Position numbers and translations under genes: made by a program
Assembly (NCBI GenBank): GCA_963716745.1
Contig: OY970320.1
Location: 1,600,001 to 1,664,000 of the forward strand
DNA length: 64,000 nt
DNA from: an uncultured Gemmatimonadaceae bacterium
GTDB lineage: Bacteria; Gemmatimonadota; Gemmatimonadetes; Gemmatimonadales; Gemmatimonadaceae
Reading direction: 5' to 3'
The notes under the pieces: model-generated
The model's database searches: none
Told to the model about the DNA's origin: nothing
What the model saw: the letters and a program-made list of their open reading frames with translations, nothing else
Shown here: one piece after another, positions 1 to 10,789 of the stretch
How the letters are laid out: every line of letters starts with the position of its first letter
Position numbering within the stretch: position 1 is the stretch's first letter

Positions 1-463
1 GACTCTTCGACGTGCCCTCCACGATGCCCATCAACTCGGCGATCTCGCAATGCGTGTACCCGTGAACATCGTGAAGGACGTACACGTCGCGCGCGCCCTC
101 CGGGAGCGCAGCGATCGCGCGCTCGAGATCGATCGCGTCTTCGGGGCCGGTCGTGTCCGCCATCGGCTCGACGTCCGGCGCGTCGACCACGCGCCAGTCG
201 GCGCGGATGCGTCCGCGACGCACATTCACCAGCACGCCGCACAACCACGAGCGCAGCGCCGACTGCGCGCGAAACGTACGCAAGGCCGTCAGTGCGCGGA
301 CCCAGCTCTCCTGCACGAGGTCCTCCGCTTCGCCTCGATCGCCGCCCGTGAGGCGCAGAGCCAGCGCGTACAGCGCCGGCGTGTGCGCGCGATACAGCAC
401 GCGAAACGCATCCTCGCCGCGCCCGCGAAGGAACCGCTCGACGAGTGCGAGGTCGTCCGTCAC
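1..463 (-). CDS. ECF RNA polymerase sigma factor, 3' end runs off the window
   Basis: Manual translation from GTG at 463: MTDDLALVERFLRGRGEDAFRVLYRAH...AEDLVQESWVRA...LERAIAALPEGARDVYVLHDVHGYTHCEIAELMGIVEGTSKS (sigma regions 2 and 4). GTGA overlap with the stop of 460..1092. Confidence 0.9.
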   Translation of the reverse strand, partial: MTDDLALVERFLRGRGEDAFRVLYRAHTPALYALALRLTGGDRGEAEDLVQESWVRALTALRTFRAQSALRSWLCGVLVNVRRGRIRADWRVVDAPDVEPMADTTGPEDAIDLERAIAALPEGARDVYVLHDVHGYTHCEIAELMGIVEGTSKS

Positions 464-1092
464 TGACTCTTGATGGGGTCCACCCAATCGCGCATGACAA
501 TGACGAGCCCCGACAGCGGCGTCCCCTCCAGCACGACGCCCGGCACGTCCGCGCTCTTCGACCCGGCGATCCCCATCGAGCTGTTCTTCATTGAGGGATA
601 GAAGATCATGAGGTGTGGCATGAAATGAGACCGACGCTTCCCGGTCGAGTCGGTGAGCACCTGCGACGACGATTCCATATACACCAGAGCGGGCCGCTGC
701 GGTACATGGAACCGGCCCGAGGCGATCCCGTCATTGACCTCCGCCTTGATCTCCTCCCGAGTCTTGCCCGCGATACGCTCCTCGGTCCGGAATCGGAAGA
801 TGGCGAGGATCGTGGTGTCCGCCTCGACGTCGCCGCACTGCGGCTCGAACGATGTCGCGGTATTCCGTGCGACCTCGCAGACGACACTCGACGTCCCCGG
901 TTCCGCGACGACAAAGTGTCCGTTCGTCAGCACCCACACTTTGGCGTCCTTCGATATGTCCGCCGGCGCGGCGCTCTTCGCGTACCGGATCTCATCCGCG
1001 CGCGACAGGTTCACCGGAGCCGTCGGCGTCGAATCCTGTTGGGCCGCGATCGCGGCTGGAATCAGGAACGACGAAATGATCCATGCACGCAT
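460..1092 (-). CDS. Secreted hypothetical protein, paralog of 1297..2007
   Basis: Signal peptide (…IPAAIAAQQ); motifs EIRYAKSAAPADISKDA, VVC, PQC, YMES, PHLM. Confidence 0.8.
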   Translation of the reverse strand: MRAWIISSFLIPAAIAAQQDSTPTAPVNLSRADEIRYAKSAAPADISKDAKVWVLTNGHFVVAEPGTSSVVCEVARNTATSFEPQCGDVEADTTILAIFRFRTEERIAGKTREEIKAEVNDGIASGRFHVPQRPALVYMESSSQVLTDSTGKRRSHFMPHLMIFYPSMKNSSMGIAGSKSADVPGVVLEGTPLSGLVIVMRDWVDPIKSQ

Positions 1093-1296
1093 TGAACACC
1101 GATCGGCGTTGAAGTTGCCAATGAGTAGCGTTCAATGAGTGAATGGTTGGAATTCGACGTCAGTGGCCCGCTGCGACCGCGTGCGAGCGCGAAGGCATTC
1201 CAACCCTTTCCGCATCTGGGAGCACCCATGTCCAAGCGGGTTCGTCGCCGCGAAGGGAGCGCATGAGCGAAGTTCACCTCAAACAGGACACGATCA

Positions 1297-2007
1297 ATGC
1301 TCCGAAACACAGGCAAAGCGATCGGGCGGGGACACGTCGTGTTGGCCGCCGTGTTCGCCGCTGCGTGGATGATCCAGGCGCAGGAGGCAACGGCGCAGGA
1401 CACCAACTCGCCCTATCCCACCATGGCTCCGATCGCGCAATACCGAATGGACCGTGATGCGGAAATAGCGCTGGCACGCACGGCGGCCCCGGCATCGATA
1501 TCACGCGATGCCGAAATCATGATATTGGGCCAGAAGAACTTCGAGATCGCCGTTCACGGCAAGAACGGTTTCGTCTGTGCGGTGGGCAGAGCGTTCGCGG
1601 GGCCATTGAACAACCCGGAGTTTTGGAATCCAAAAAATCGGAGTCCCATTTGCTTCAATCCAGCCGCCGCGCGGTCCCTCTGGCCTTACGCCATGAAACA
1701 GACCGGCATGGCACTGGCTGGCGCCTCAAAAGCCCAGATCACTGAGGCGATCAGGGCCGCGGTCGCCAAGAAAGAGCTGGGGCCCCCGGAGTCGGGATCC
1801 ATGGCCTACATGATGTCCAAGGAGGCGTACCTGACCGATCAGGGAAGCCATAACCTGGCCCACGTGATGTTCGAACTTCCGCGCAACGGCGTGTTGCAGG
1901 ACGACCCGAACTTCTTCGTTTCGTGGGATCCAGCGCCAGTGATCGAGTTCAACGTTCCGGTAGGTCAGTGGTCGGACGGAACACTGGTGGTGGTAAGCAA
2001 GCACTAG
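1297..2007 (+). CDS. Secreted hypothetical protein, paralog of 460..1092
   Basis: Signal peptide; motifs EIALARTAAPASISRDA, FVC, PIC, YMMS, AHVM; followed by a terminator. Confidence 0.8.
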   Translation: MLRNTGKAIGRGHVVLAAVFAAAWMIQAQEATAQDTNSPYPTMAPIAQYRMDRDAEIALARTAAPASISRDAEIMILGQKNFEIAVHGKNGFVCAVGRAFAGPLNNPEFWNPKNRSPICFNPAAARSLWPYAMKQTGMALAGASKAQITEAIRAAVAKKELGPPESGSMAYMMSKEAYLTDQGSHNLAHVMFELPRNGVLQDDPNFFVSWDPAPVIEFNVPVGQWSDGTLVVVSKH

Positions 2008-2025
2008 CCATTTTCAGGAAGCGAG

Positions 2026-2052
2026 AGCCCGCGCGAGAGCGCGGGCTTTTTC
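2026..2052 (+). terminator. Intrinsic terminator
   Basis: AGCCCGCGC-GAGA-GCGCGGGCT hairpin followed by TTTTC. Confidence 0.8.
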
Positions 2053-2145
2053 TTCGCTCGGTGGCCGGGTACCGACCCGGCTGCGGCTCACCCAGGTCAG
2101 TAAACGCACCGGCGCGACGCAGAGAGCTCCGCGTCGCGCCGTCAG

Positions 2146-2218
2146 TTGCCCCTCCTGGGCTCGAACCAGGACTCTCCTGATCCAGAGTCAGGCGTGTTGC
2201 CAGTTACACCAAGGGGCA
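2146..2218 (-). tRNA. tRNA-Gln (anticodon CTG)
   Basis: Reverse complement TGCCCCTTGGTGTAACTGGCAACACGCCTGACTCTGGATCAGGAGAGTCCTGGTTCGAGCCCAGGAGGGGCAA folds as a cloverleaf with a GTTCGA T-loop; CCA not encoded. Confidence 0.95.
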
Positions 2219-2255
2219 GAGATCAATTGTGCTCCGGAGTTCCGGAGGGACGCGA

Positions 2256-2284
2256 AAGTTAGTCGTGGCAAGAAGATGGAGCAA
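2256..2284 (-). promoter_or_regulatory. Putative sigma70 promoter of tRNA-Gln
   Basis: TTGCTC-17 nt-TAACTT on the minus strand, about 38 nt upstream of the tRNA. Confidence 0.55.
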
Positions 2285-2448
2285 GCCACACAGCAGGGGC
2301 GTGCGTCGTGCGTTCGGAACGTGACGCCGATCACGGGTCGAATAGAGACCGAATGCACGAGGCACGATGAGCGATGCCCGAACAGGTGACGCGCGCCGTC
2401 TGGAAACCCGTCGCTCAGGGAACGTCCAAGCGTACTCTCGAGGCCCCC

Positions 2449-5400
2449 GTGCTGTCACAACTCCGCCGCTTCCTGCCTGCCGTGATCATCCTCGTTTCCG
2501 CCTGCAAATCGGGCGGCGACGCGGCGCCCACGGGTGCGCTCACGATCACGGTGTCTGGACTGCCGAGCGGTCCCGCGGCGATCATGGTCACCGGCCCGAA
2601 CAGCTTCAGCCAGGCGGTGACGGCCACCACGACGCTCAACAATCTGCCGGCCGGCACGTACACGGTGACGGCGAGCAATGTGGTGACCTCCACATCGACC
2701 TACGCGCCCACTCCATCCGTCACCGGCGTCTCGGTAACGACTACGACGCTAACGGCGGCGGTGAACTACTCCCTCATCACGGGAAGCCTCGCGCTCACGA
2801 TCTCGGGATTGCCGGGCGGCGTGAATGCCAATGTCACCGTCACCGGCCCCGGTGGTTTCAGTCAGTCGGCGACCGTGTCGAAGACCTGGTCGAATCTCAC
2901 GCCCGGCTCATATGTGGTTGCGGCGGCCGTCGTGACGAATGGGCCCAATACATATGGCGGCGCGCCCGCGAGCCAGACGATCGCGGTGGTCGCGTCGCTC
3001 ACCGCATCTTCCGCGAGCGAAGTCTACTCGCTGAGTGCGGGGCAGCTCACGGTGAACGTCAGCGGACTTCCCGCCGGGACGAACCCGATCATCTCCGTCA
3101 CCGGACCCCTCGCGTATTCGCACCCGGTCACCGCGAACGGCGCGACGGTGCTCACCGGCCTCGCGCTGGGCACGTATACCATCACGGCGTCGAACGTGAG
3201 CAGTGGCACCGCGAGCTATGGACCATCAACGGCGGTGCAGACGGTTACGCTCACGTCCGGATCGCCGACCGGAAGCGCGAACGTCGCGTACGTCATCAAG
3301 ACCGGCAGTCTCGCGCTCACCGTTACCGGCCTTCCTGGCGGCGTGAACGCGAGCGTGCTCGTGACTGGGCCGAGCTCGTTCAGCCAGACCGCGACGGCGA
3401 CGCAAACGTTCAACAATTTGGTGCCGGGCACCTATACCCTCACGGCGAACACCGTCACCTCGGGTTCCAGCACGTATGGAGGAGCGCCCGCATCACAGAC
3501 GGTGACCGTGACGGCGTCCGTCACCGCGGCAACGGCGAGCGTGGCCTACTCGATCATGACGGGTCAGATCACGGTGACCATCGCCGGGCTCCCGGGTGGA
3601 CTCAATCCGAGTGTCGTCGTCACCGGTCCGTTCTCGTACAGCCATTCGATCACCGTGAGCGGTGCGACGGTGCTGTCACGCCCTCCCGCTCGGCACCTAC
3701 ACCGTGACCGCGAGCGCGGTGAGCAACGCGACGGCAACCTACAAGCCGACTGCGGCGTCACAGACGGTGACCCTGAGCGCGGGCGCGCTGATCGGCGCCA
3801 AGACCGTCACCTATGCGATCAGCACGGGCTCGCTCACGGTGACGATATCCGGCCTGCCCGGCGGCGTGAACGACTCGGTGCGCGTGACAGGTCCCGGCGC
3901 TTTCTCGCAATACCTTACCGCGAGCACGACGCTGAACAAGCTCGCGCCGGGCAAATACACCGTGTTCGCCTTCAGCGTCCAGCACATCGGGACCTGGTAT
4001 GCCGCGACTCCCGGCAGCCAGCTCGCGACCGTGACCGCCAGCGTGACGCCCGTCGTCGCCACGGTGACGTACACCGTCGCCGCGCTGAATCTCACGATCG
4101 ACGGGATTGTACATCACGCAATCCACGCAGAGCTACAACGATACCGTGCCCCTCGTCGCGAATCGTGACGGCTATCTGCGCGTGTTCGCGAAGGCGAATC
4201 AATCGAACACCGCGATGCCGAAGATCCGGGTGCGCTGGTACTCGGGCGCATCGCTGATTCACACGGATACGATCGCCGCGCCGCGCCCGTACGTGCCGAC
4301 GCTCGAGAGCGAGGATTCGCTGAATCAATCGTGGAATGTCCCCGTACCCAAGGGGATGATCCAGCCGAATCTCAAGGTGCTCGCGGACATCGATCCGGCG
4401 AATCTCATCGCCGAGACGAACGAGGCCGACAACTCGTTCCCCGTGAGCGGAACGCCGCTCGCGCTGAACGTGAAGACGGTGCCGATCTTCCACGAGGTAC
4501 TCATCCCGGTGAAGACGAGCCACGATGGGCTCACGGGCAACGTCACCACGGCCAGCGAGAGCACGTACACCGGGTTCGTGCAGCAGGTGCACCCGATCAG
4601 CACGTACACCGTGAAGGTGCACTCGGTGTTCACCATCGCGGACACCAGCGTCGTTCTGCAGTCGAGCGGCAATCGGATGGAGCGATGTGCTTTGCGCGAT
4701 CTCTGCGCTGCACGGTCTCGAGGATACGACGCCGCTCATCGATTCCAGCCACTACTACGGCGTGGTGCATACCGAATTACGGCTGCGGCGTGATCGGACT
4801 CGGCTTCGAACCCGGCATGGAGGCGATCGGCTGGGATGCATCGCAGAAGGATCAGACGCTCGCGCACGAGACGGGCCACAACTGGAGCCTGGCGCACGCG
4901 CCGGGCTGCGGCTCCGATGGGACCAGCCCTCCATACCCGGTTGCAACAGGGAATCTCGACGCCTATGGCTTCGATGCTGCGGCGGTGAAGATCTACTGCG
5001 CCGGCCAGCTACTTCGACCTGATGAGCTATTGCCGGCCGTATTGGATCAGCAACTATCACTATCAGCAGGTCATGAACTTCCGGTGCGACGCAACCGGAG
5101 ATCCTCGGCGCCGAGTCGTCCGCGGTCGGAGCGCGTGCTGCTCGTATGGGGTCGCATCCGAACGGGCAATTGGTGCTCGAGCCCGCGTTCGAGGTCAATG
5201 CCATGGCCAAGTTGCCGGAGGGACACGGTCCGTTCACACTGGAGGCGCTGGACGAGAACGGTGCGCCGCTCTATACGCGTGCGTTCGAGGGCAGGAAGGT
5301 GGCGGACGACCCACAGAATTCCTCGGGCTTCATGTTCAAGATCCCACTGCGCGAACTGAACGCAGCGCGAATGTCGGCGCTGCGCGTCCGCGGACAGGGC

Positions 5401-5670
5401 ATGGTAGCGCTTGTCGGGAACACGCCCGTCGTGGCCGCCATGCGCACGGGCACCGCCCCCGCGACCGGCCTGCTCGCGAGACTGCGCGGCGGTCTCTCGC
5501 GTGTGACATGGGATCACGCGTCGTACCCCATGGCGATCGTGCGCGACGCGCGCACCGGTGAGGTCCTGGCGTTCGCGCGACAGGGAAGCGTGGATGTGCC
5601 AGCGAGGGATCTGGTGGTCGTGCTCTCCAACGGTGTGCGCAGCGTCACACAACGGATAACGGCGCAATAA
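2449..5670 (+). CDS. Lipoprotein metzincin protease (M66/StcE-like) with six beta-sandwich repeats; several frameshifts
   Basis: Assembled from ORF fragments 2374, 3662, 4107, 4687, 4331, 5022 and 5146. Lipobox LVSAC, six TGxLxxTxxGLP repeats, HETGHNWSLAH zinc motif, DLMSYC Met-turn, C-terminus SNGVRSVTQRITAQ. Colinear with the two downstream paralogs. Confidence 0.8.
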
Positions 5671-5823
5671 CCACGGGCTGTTGGCTGTCGCAGGCGACCG
5701 CCGACAGCCGATCGTCCGCCGTAGGGGCCTCGCGGAGCCATCCCCGCCCTCCGGTGTACGAGTGGGGCGCGCGGAACGACTCCGGCCAGCGCATCTTTCT
5801 GGTCCCCCCGCCCCGCTGACTGC

Positions 5824-8214
5824 ATGACGCGCCCCACCGCCGCGATCGCGCTCGTACTCGCCACCACGCTGGCCGCCTGCAAAGGCGGCTCGAACGCTTT
5901 GGCCACCGCCGATCTCGTGATCACGGTCACGGGACTGCCGACTTCGCCCGCGCTGCCGGCGGCGATCACGGTCACCGGAACGGGCTATTCGCGCACGGTG
6001 ACGGCCACGACGACCCTCAGTGGTCTCACCATTGGCGGCTACACCATCACCGCGGCGAACGCGTCCACCGCGACCGCGACGTACGACGCGGCGCCGGTGT
6101 CGACGTTGATCGACCTGACGAGATCCGGCGCCTCTCTTACGGTCACGTATACGCTGGTGACCGGAGACATGGCGCTCGCGATCTCCGGACTGCCGGCCGG
6201 ACTGCACGCCAACGTGCTCGTTTCCGGACAGGGGAGCTCGCAGGTGGTGCCCGCCTCGCAGACGCTCGTGAAGCTGCTCGCGGGCGATTACACGGTCACC
6301 GGCAACACGGTCGTGAACGGCACGACTACGTACGGCGGCACACCGTTCTCGCAAGTGATCGCGGTGCCGGCGTCGCTCACCACGGTGAATGCCGCCGTCG
6401 CGTACTCGGCAATGACGGGGCAGATCCCGGTCACGGTGAGCGGCCTTCCCGGCGGAACGAACCCGAGCGTGCTCGTGACGGGACCGTTCACGTATTCGCA
6501 CGCGATCACCGCGAACGGACTCTCCACGCTCGCGGCGCTGCCGCTCGGCGTCTATACCGTGACCGCCGACTCGGTGGCCGTCGGGCCGACGTACTATTTC
6601 CCGCAGGCGGTGTCGCAGACGGCAACATTGAATGGCGGCACGCTCAGCGCGCCCATCGCCGTCATGTACGCGACGCCCGACATGTCGATCGACGGCATGT
6701 ACATCACGCAGGCGACACAAACGTATGCGGGCGGAGTGCCGCTGGTGGCGAGTCGCGACGGATTCCTGCGCGTGTTCGTGAAGTCGAACCACGCGAACAC
6801 CTGGATGCCGAGCGTTCGTGTGCGGTGGTACGCGAGTGGCGTGCTCGTACGCACCGACACCATTCCGCCGGCGGTATCGTCGGTGCCAATGACGATCACC
6901 GAGGGCGTACTGGCCAGTTCGTGGAACCTTCCCGTGCCGGGCACGCTGATCCAGCCAGGACTCTCGGTGCTCGCCAATGCGGACCCGTCGAACGCGATCG
7001 CCGAGGGGAATGAGACCAACAATCAGTTTCCGGTGAACGGAACGCCGTTGCTGCTCAATGTGCGCACGGCGGCGCCCGCGCATGTGACGCTGGTGCCGGT
7101 GACGACGTCCGACGGCCGCACGGGGGCGGTGAATTCGGGGAACTTGGAATCGTTCCTCACGTTCACGCAGAAGATCCATCCCATCCCGAGTCATGTCGGC
7201 ACGCTGCACGCGACGTATACCACGAGTGCGGGCCCGCTGCAGTCGGATGATGCGAACATGGCGTGGGAGACCATCATCGCCGAATTGGACGCGTTGCGCA
7301 CGGCGGATGGCGTGCCGGAGCAGGAGCACTACTACGGCGTGGTGGACCCGACCTACACCGGTGGCGTCGCGGGGCTTGGATATGTCGGCGGCCAGACGGC
7401 AATGGGATGGGACAACGGGATCAACGATCAGATCCTCGCGCACGAGATCGGGCACAACTGGAACCGGAATCATTCGCCGTGCGGCGGACCGAGCGGCGTG
7501 GATCCGAACTATCCGTATGTGAACGCGGAGATCGGCGTGTACGGATTAGACGTGGCGACGCAGACGCTGTACCAGCCGACGACGAACTATGACGTGATGA
7601 GCTACTGCCACCCGTACTGGGTGAGCGACTACACGTACGAGGGCGTGATGGCGTACCGGGTGGGGAGCCCCGACATCGTCGCGGAAGCCAAGGAGCCGGT
7701 GCTCATGATCTGGGGGCGGATGCGCGGGAATGACATGGTGCTCGAGCCGGCATTCGAGATCATGGCGCGGCCGAGGGTGCCAACGGGAAGCGGCGCGTAC
7801 AGTGTGGAGGCGATCGACGCGAGTGGCGGCCGATTGTTTTCGTATGCGTTCGACGGACAGGAGGTGGCCGACGAGCCCGGCGGCGGGCGTACGTTCGTGT
7901 TCGCGATCCCCGTATCGCGTTTCGACATCTCGCGGTTGGCGTCGCTGCGATTGTCGGGGCAAGGGCGGGTGGTGACCGTGAGCGCCGCGGCGCCGGCGCC
8001 CACTGGATTGATCGCGCGGTTGCGTGCGGGGCGCGCGGAGCTGCGCTGGGATCATAGGGCCTATCCAATGGCGCTCGTGCGCGACGCGGCCACCGGGCAA
8101 GTGCTCTCGTTCGCGCGTGGCGGCGTCGTGAACCTCGGCGCGCGCGCGACGAATCTCGTGGTCACCGTGTCGAACGGGGTGCGCAGCACCACCGAAGCGG
8201 TCACCGCGCAGTAG
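5824..8214 (+). CDS. Lipoprotein metzincin protease (M66-like) with three beta-sandwich repeats
   Basis: Lipobox LAAC; HEIGHNWNRNH; DVMSYC; CARDB-like ADPSNAIAEGNETNN; C-terminus SNGVRSTTEAVTAQ. Confidence 0.9.
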   Translation: MTRPTAAIALVLATTLAACKGGSNALATADLVITVTGLPTSPALPAAITVTGTGYSRTVTATTTLSGLTIGGYTITAANASTATATYDAAPVSTLIDLTRSGASLTVTYTLVTGDMALAISGLPAGLHANVLVSGQGSSQVVPASQTLVKLLAGDYTVTGNTVVNGTTTYGGTPFSQVIAVPASLTTVNAAVAYSAMTGQIPVTVSGLPGGTNPSVLVTGPFTYSHAITANGLSTLAALPLGVYTVTADSVAVGPTYYFPQAVSQTATLNGGTLSAPIAVMYATPDMSIDGMYITQATQTYAGGVPLVASRDGFLRVFVKSNHANTWMPSVRVRWYASGVLVRTDTIPPAVSSVPMTITEGVLASSWNLPVPGTLIQPGLSVLANADPSNAIAEGNETNNQFPVNGTPLLLNVRTAAPAHVTLVPVTTSDGRTGAVNSGNLESFLTFTQKIHPIPSHVGTLHATYTTSAGPLQSDDANMAWETIIAELDALRTADGVPEQEHYYGVVDPTYTGGVAGLGYVGGQTAMGWDNGINDQILAHEIGHNWNRNHSPCGGPSGVDPNYPYVNAEIGVYGLDVATQTLYQPTTNYDVMSYCHPYWVSDYTYEGVMAYRVGSPDIVAEAKEPVLMIWGRMRGNDMVLEPAFEIMARPRVPTGSGAYSVEAIDASGGRLFSYAFDGQEVADEPGGGRTFVFAIPVSRFDISRLASLRLSGQGRVVTVSAAAPAPTGLIARLRAGRAELRWDHRAYPMALVRDAATGQVLSFARGGVVNLGARATNLVVTVSNGVRSTTEAVTAQ

Positions 8215-8215
8215 G

Positions 8216-10618
8216 ATGTCACGCACCCGGCTCGCGGTGGCGCTCGCGTCGTCGCTGGCATTCGGCGCGTGCAGCAGCAGCTCCGACGCCGCGTCAACGG
8301 TGGATCTGACCGTCAACGTGACGGGATTGCCGGGTGTGCCGGCGGACATCAAGGTCACGTCGCCCGATGGGTACTCGCAGGTCGTGACATCGACCGCGAC
8401 GCTCACGGGCCTGACGCCGGGCTGGTATCTGATCACGGCATGGTACGTCGCCGGCGCGAATCAGTTGTACGCGCCCACGCCAGAGAGTCTTCAGGTGGAG
8501 CTGAAGCGCCCCGCTACCACGGTGACGTTCGGATATTCTCTCGCGAGCGGGAGTTTGGCGATCGATGTTTCCGGGCTGCCGAGCGCTGTGAATGCGAACG
8601 TGGCGGTGTCCGGGCCGGGCTACTACAAGCTCGTCACTTCGTCGCAGACGATCGGCGACCTCGTGGAGGGCACGTACACCGTCACCGGGAAGACGGCGGT
8701 GAACGGTTCCACCACCTACGGCGGCACCCCGTACACGCAGACGATCGCGGTGCCGGCGTCGACTACGCCAGCGAGCGCGTCGGTGGCCTACACCGCGATG
8801 ACGGGACAGATCGCGGTGGCCGTGGGTGGATTGCCCGGCGGCGCGGATCCGAGCGTGCTGGTGACCGGACCGTTCGGCTATTCCCATTCGATCTCCGCGA
8901 GCGGCACGACGACGCTCTCATCGCTCCCGCTGGGCGCGTACAGCGTGGCGGCGGATTCGGTGGTGGCCGGCACGACGGCGTATTTCCCGAGCGCGACGAG
9001 TCGAACGGTGACGCTGAACGCGGGCACGCTGAGCTCATCGGCGCCCGTCAACTATGTCACGTCCGATCTGACCATCGATGGCCTGTACGTCACGCAGGCA
9101 GTGCAGAATTACCAAGGCCGCGTACCGATGGTCGCCGGTCGCGACGGTTTCCTACGGGTGTTCGTGAAGGCGACCCACCCGAACCATTGGACGCCGCCGG
9201 TGCGCGTGCGCTGGTACGTGGCGAACACGCTGGTGCGCACCGACACGATCGCCGCACCGGGGGCATCGGTGCCGGTGACGATCGACGAAGGCACGCTGAA
9301 CAGCTCGTGGAATCTTTTCGTGCCGGGTGCGCTGTTCCAGCCGGGCCTCCGCATCGTCGCCGATGTGGATCCGTCGAACGTCGTCGCGGAGAGCAACGAA
9401 TCGAACAACACCTTCTCGACGGACTCCGCCGGCGAATACCTCCAAGTGCACACGATCCCGCCCGCACGCGTGACGCTGGTGCCGATCCGGACGTTCAATG
9501 GGCGCGTGGGCAGCGTGAGCGCCGCGGAGATCGAGCCGTATTTGGCGTTCATGCAGAAGATCCATCCGCTGCCGGGCCATGTCGGAACGCTGCACCCGGC
9601 CGTGAGCGTGACCTCGCCTGCGCTCACGCCCGACGACGCGAACCGTTCGTGGGGGGATGTCCTGTCGGCGTTGTCGCTCGTGCGGTTGGTGGAGAGTGCC
9701 GATGCCGGAGAGAATTACTATGGCGTGGTCGATCCGCCGTACGAGGGCGGGGTCATCGGTCTTGGATACGTCGGCTATCCGGTGGCGATCGGCAGCGACC
9801 GCGGCACGCCAGAGCAAACACTGGCGCACGAACTCGGGCACAACTGGGGCCGTGAGCACTCGCCGTGCGGGAATCCGGCGGATCCCGATCCGCAGTATCC
9901 GTATCCGAGCGGGAACATCGGCGTGTACGGATACAATGTCGCCACGCATACGCTGTATCAGCCCACAATGGCGTACGACATCATGAGCTACTGCACGCCG
10001 TACTGGGTGAGCGACTACACCTACACGGGCGTCTACGATTTCCTGGCGGGTACCAGCTCGATCCCGGAAGACCGCGTCGCGTCGTCGGCGCCGGAGCAGG
10101 TGTTGATCGTGTGGGGGCACGTGCTCGGCGGCGAACTCGTGCTCGAACCTGCGTTCGAGGTCACGGCGCGCCCGTCGCTCCCGTCGGGGAGAGGCGCGTA
10201 CACTGTGCAAGCGCTCGAATGCGGGCGGCGCGACGCTCTTCTCATTCGCGTTCGACGGCAGACCAGATCGCCGACGAGCCGGGCGGCGCTCGCGGTTTCG
10301 CGTTCGCGATCCCGCTCGCACGGTTCGACATCTCGAGGCTCGCGGCGCTGGAGATTGCGCGGCGGCGCGAGTCATGCGCGCGTGAATGCGCGCGCGTTCT
10401 CGGCCACAGGGTTGATCGCTCGGCTTCGCGGGAATCGCGCCGAGGTGCGTTGGAACGGTGGCGACTGGCCAATGGCGCTCGTGCGCGACGCGCGCACGGG
10501 GCAGGTGCTGGCCATCGGGCGCGGCGGAACGGTGCAACTCGCCGCGCCGGCCACGGATCTGGTGGTCACGGTAAGCAACGGCGTGCGGAGCACCACGGAG
10601 ACCGTGCACGCGCAGTAG
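8216..10618 (+). CDS. Lipoprotein metzincin protease (M66-like) with three beta-sandwich repeats
   Basis: Lipobox FGAC; HELGHNWGREH; DIMSYC. The stretch ~10220-10350 is out of frame relative to its paralog (compensating indels). Confidence 0.88.
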   Translation: MSRTRLAVALASSLAFGACSSSSDAASTVDLTVNVTGLPGVPADIKVTSPDGYSQVVTSTATLTGLTPGWYLITAWYVAGANQLYAPTPESLQVELKRPATTVTFGYSLASGSLAIDVSGLPSAVNANVAVSGPGYYKLVTSSQTIGDLVEGTYTVTGKTAVNGSTTYGGTPYTQTIAVPASTTPASASVAYTAMTGQIAVAVGGLPGGADPSVLVTGPFGYSHSISASGTTTLSSLPLGAYSVAADSVVAGTTAYFPSATSRTVTLNAGTLSSSAPVNYVTSDLTIDGLYVTQAVQNYQGRVPMVAGRDGFLRVFVKATHPNHWTPPVRVRWYVANTLVRTDTIAAPGASVPVTIDEGTLNSSWNLFVPGALFQPGLRIVADVDPSNVVAESNESNNTFSTDSAGEYLQVHTIPPARVTLVPIRTFNGRVGSVSAAEIEPYLAFMQKIHPLPGHVGTLHPAVSVTSPALTPDDANRSWGDVLSALSLVRLVESADAGENYYGVVDPPYEGGVIGLGYVGYPVAIGSDRGTPEQTLAHELGHNWGREHSPCGNPADPDPQYPYPSGNIGVYGYNVATHTLYQPTMAYDIMSYCTPYWVSDYTYTGVYDFLAGTSSIPEDRVASSAPEQVLIVWGHVLGGELVLEPAFEVTARPSLPSGRGAYTVQALECGRRDALLIRVRRQTRSPTSRAALAVSRSRSRSHGSTSRGSRRWRLRGGASHARVNARAFSATGLIARLRGNRAEVRWNGGDWPMALVRDARTGQVLAIGRGGTVQLAAPATDLVVTVSNGVRSTTETVHAQ

Positions 10619-10622
10619 CCCG

Positions 10623-10654
10623 AAAACAAAAAACGCCGCGAAATATTCGCGGCG
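10623..10654 (-). terminator. Intrinsic terminator of the tRNA-Ala transcript, possibly bidirectional
   Basis: CGCCGCGAA-TAT-TTCGCGGCG followed by TTTTTTGTTTT on the minus strand. Confidence 0.85.
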
Positions 10655-10695
10655 CCTCACCTACTGTGCTGCCCCAGAAGTTGCCACGCACGCCG

Positions 10696-10789
10696 TCATT
10701 GGAACTCTGCGTCCTACCGATCGGCGGCGGGCATCAATTCTGGTTGCGGGGCTGCGGCACGTCACTCATTGGAACTCTACGTCCTACCG
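10696..10789 (-). repeat. Two 24-nt direct repeats (70-nt period) in the tRNA-Ala trailer
   Basis: TCATTGGAACTCT[G/A]CGTCCTACCG at 10696-10719 and 10766-10789, 23/24 identical. Confidence 0.85.

Noticed and set aside
5071..10660. Long antisense ORFs (5071..7473, 9152..10660) and similar ones elsewhere (e.g. 41419..43281, 48523..50628)
   Set aside because: Arg/His/Ala-rich shadow frames of real genes in high-GC DNA, with no recognisable domains.
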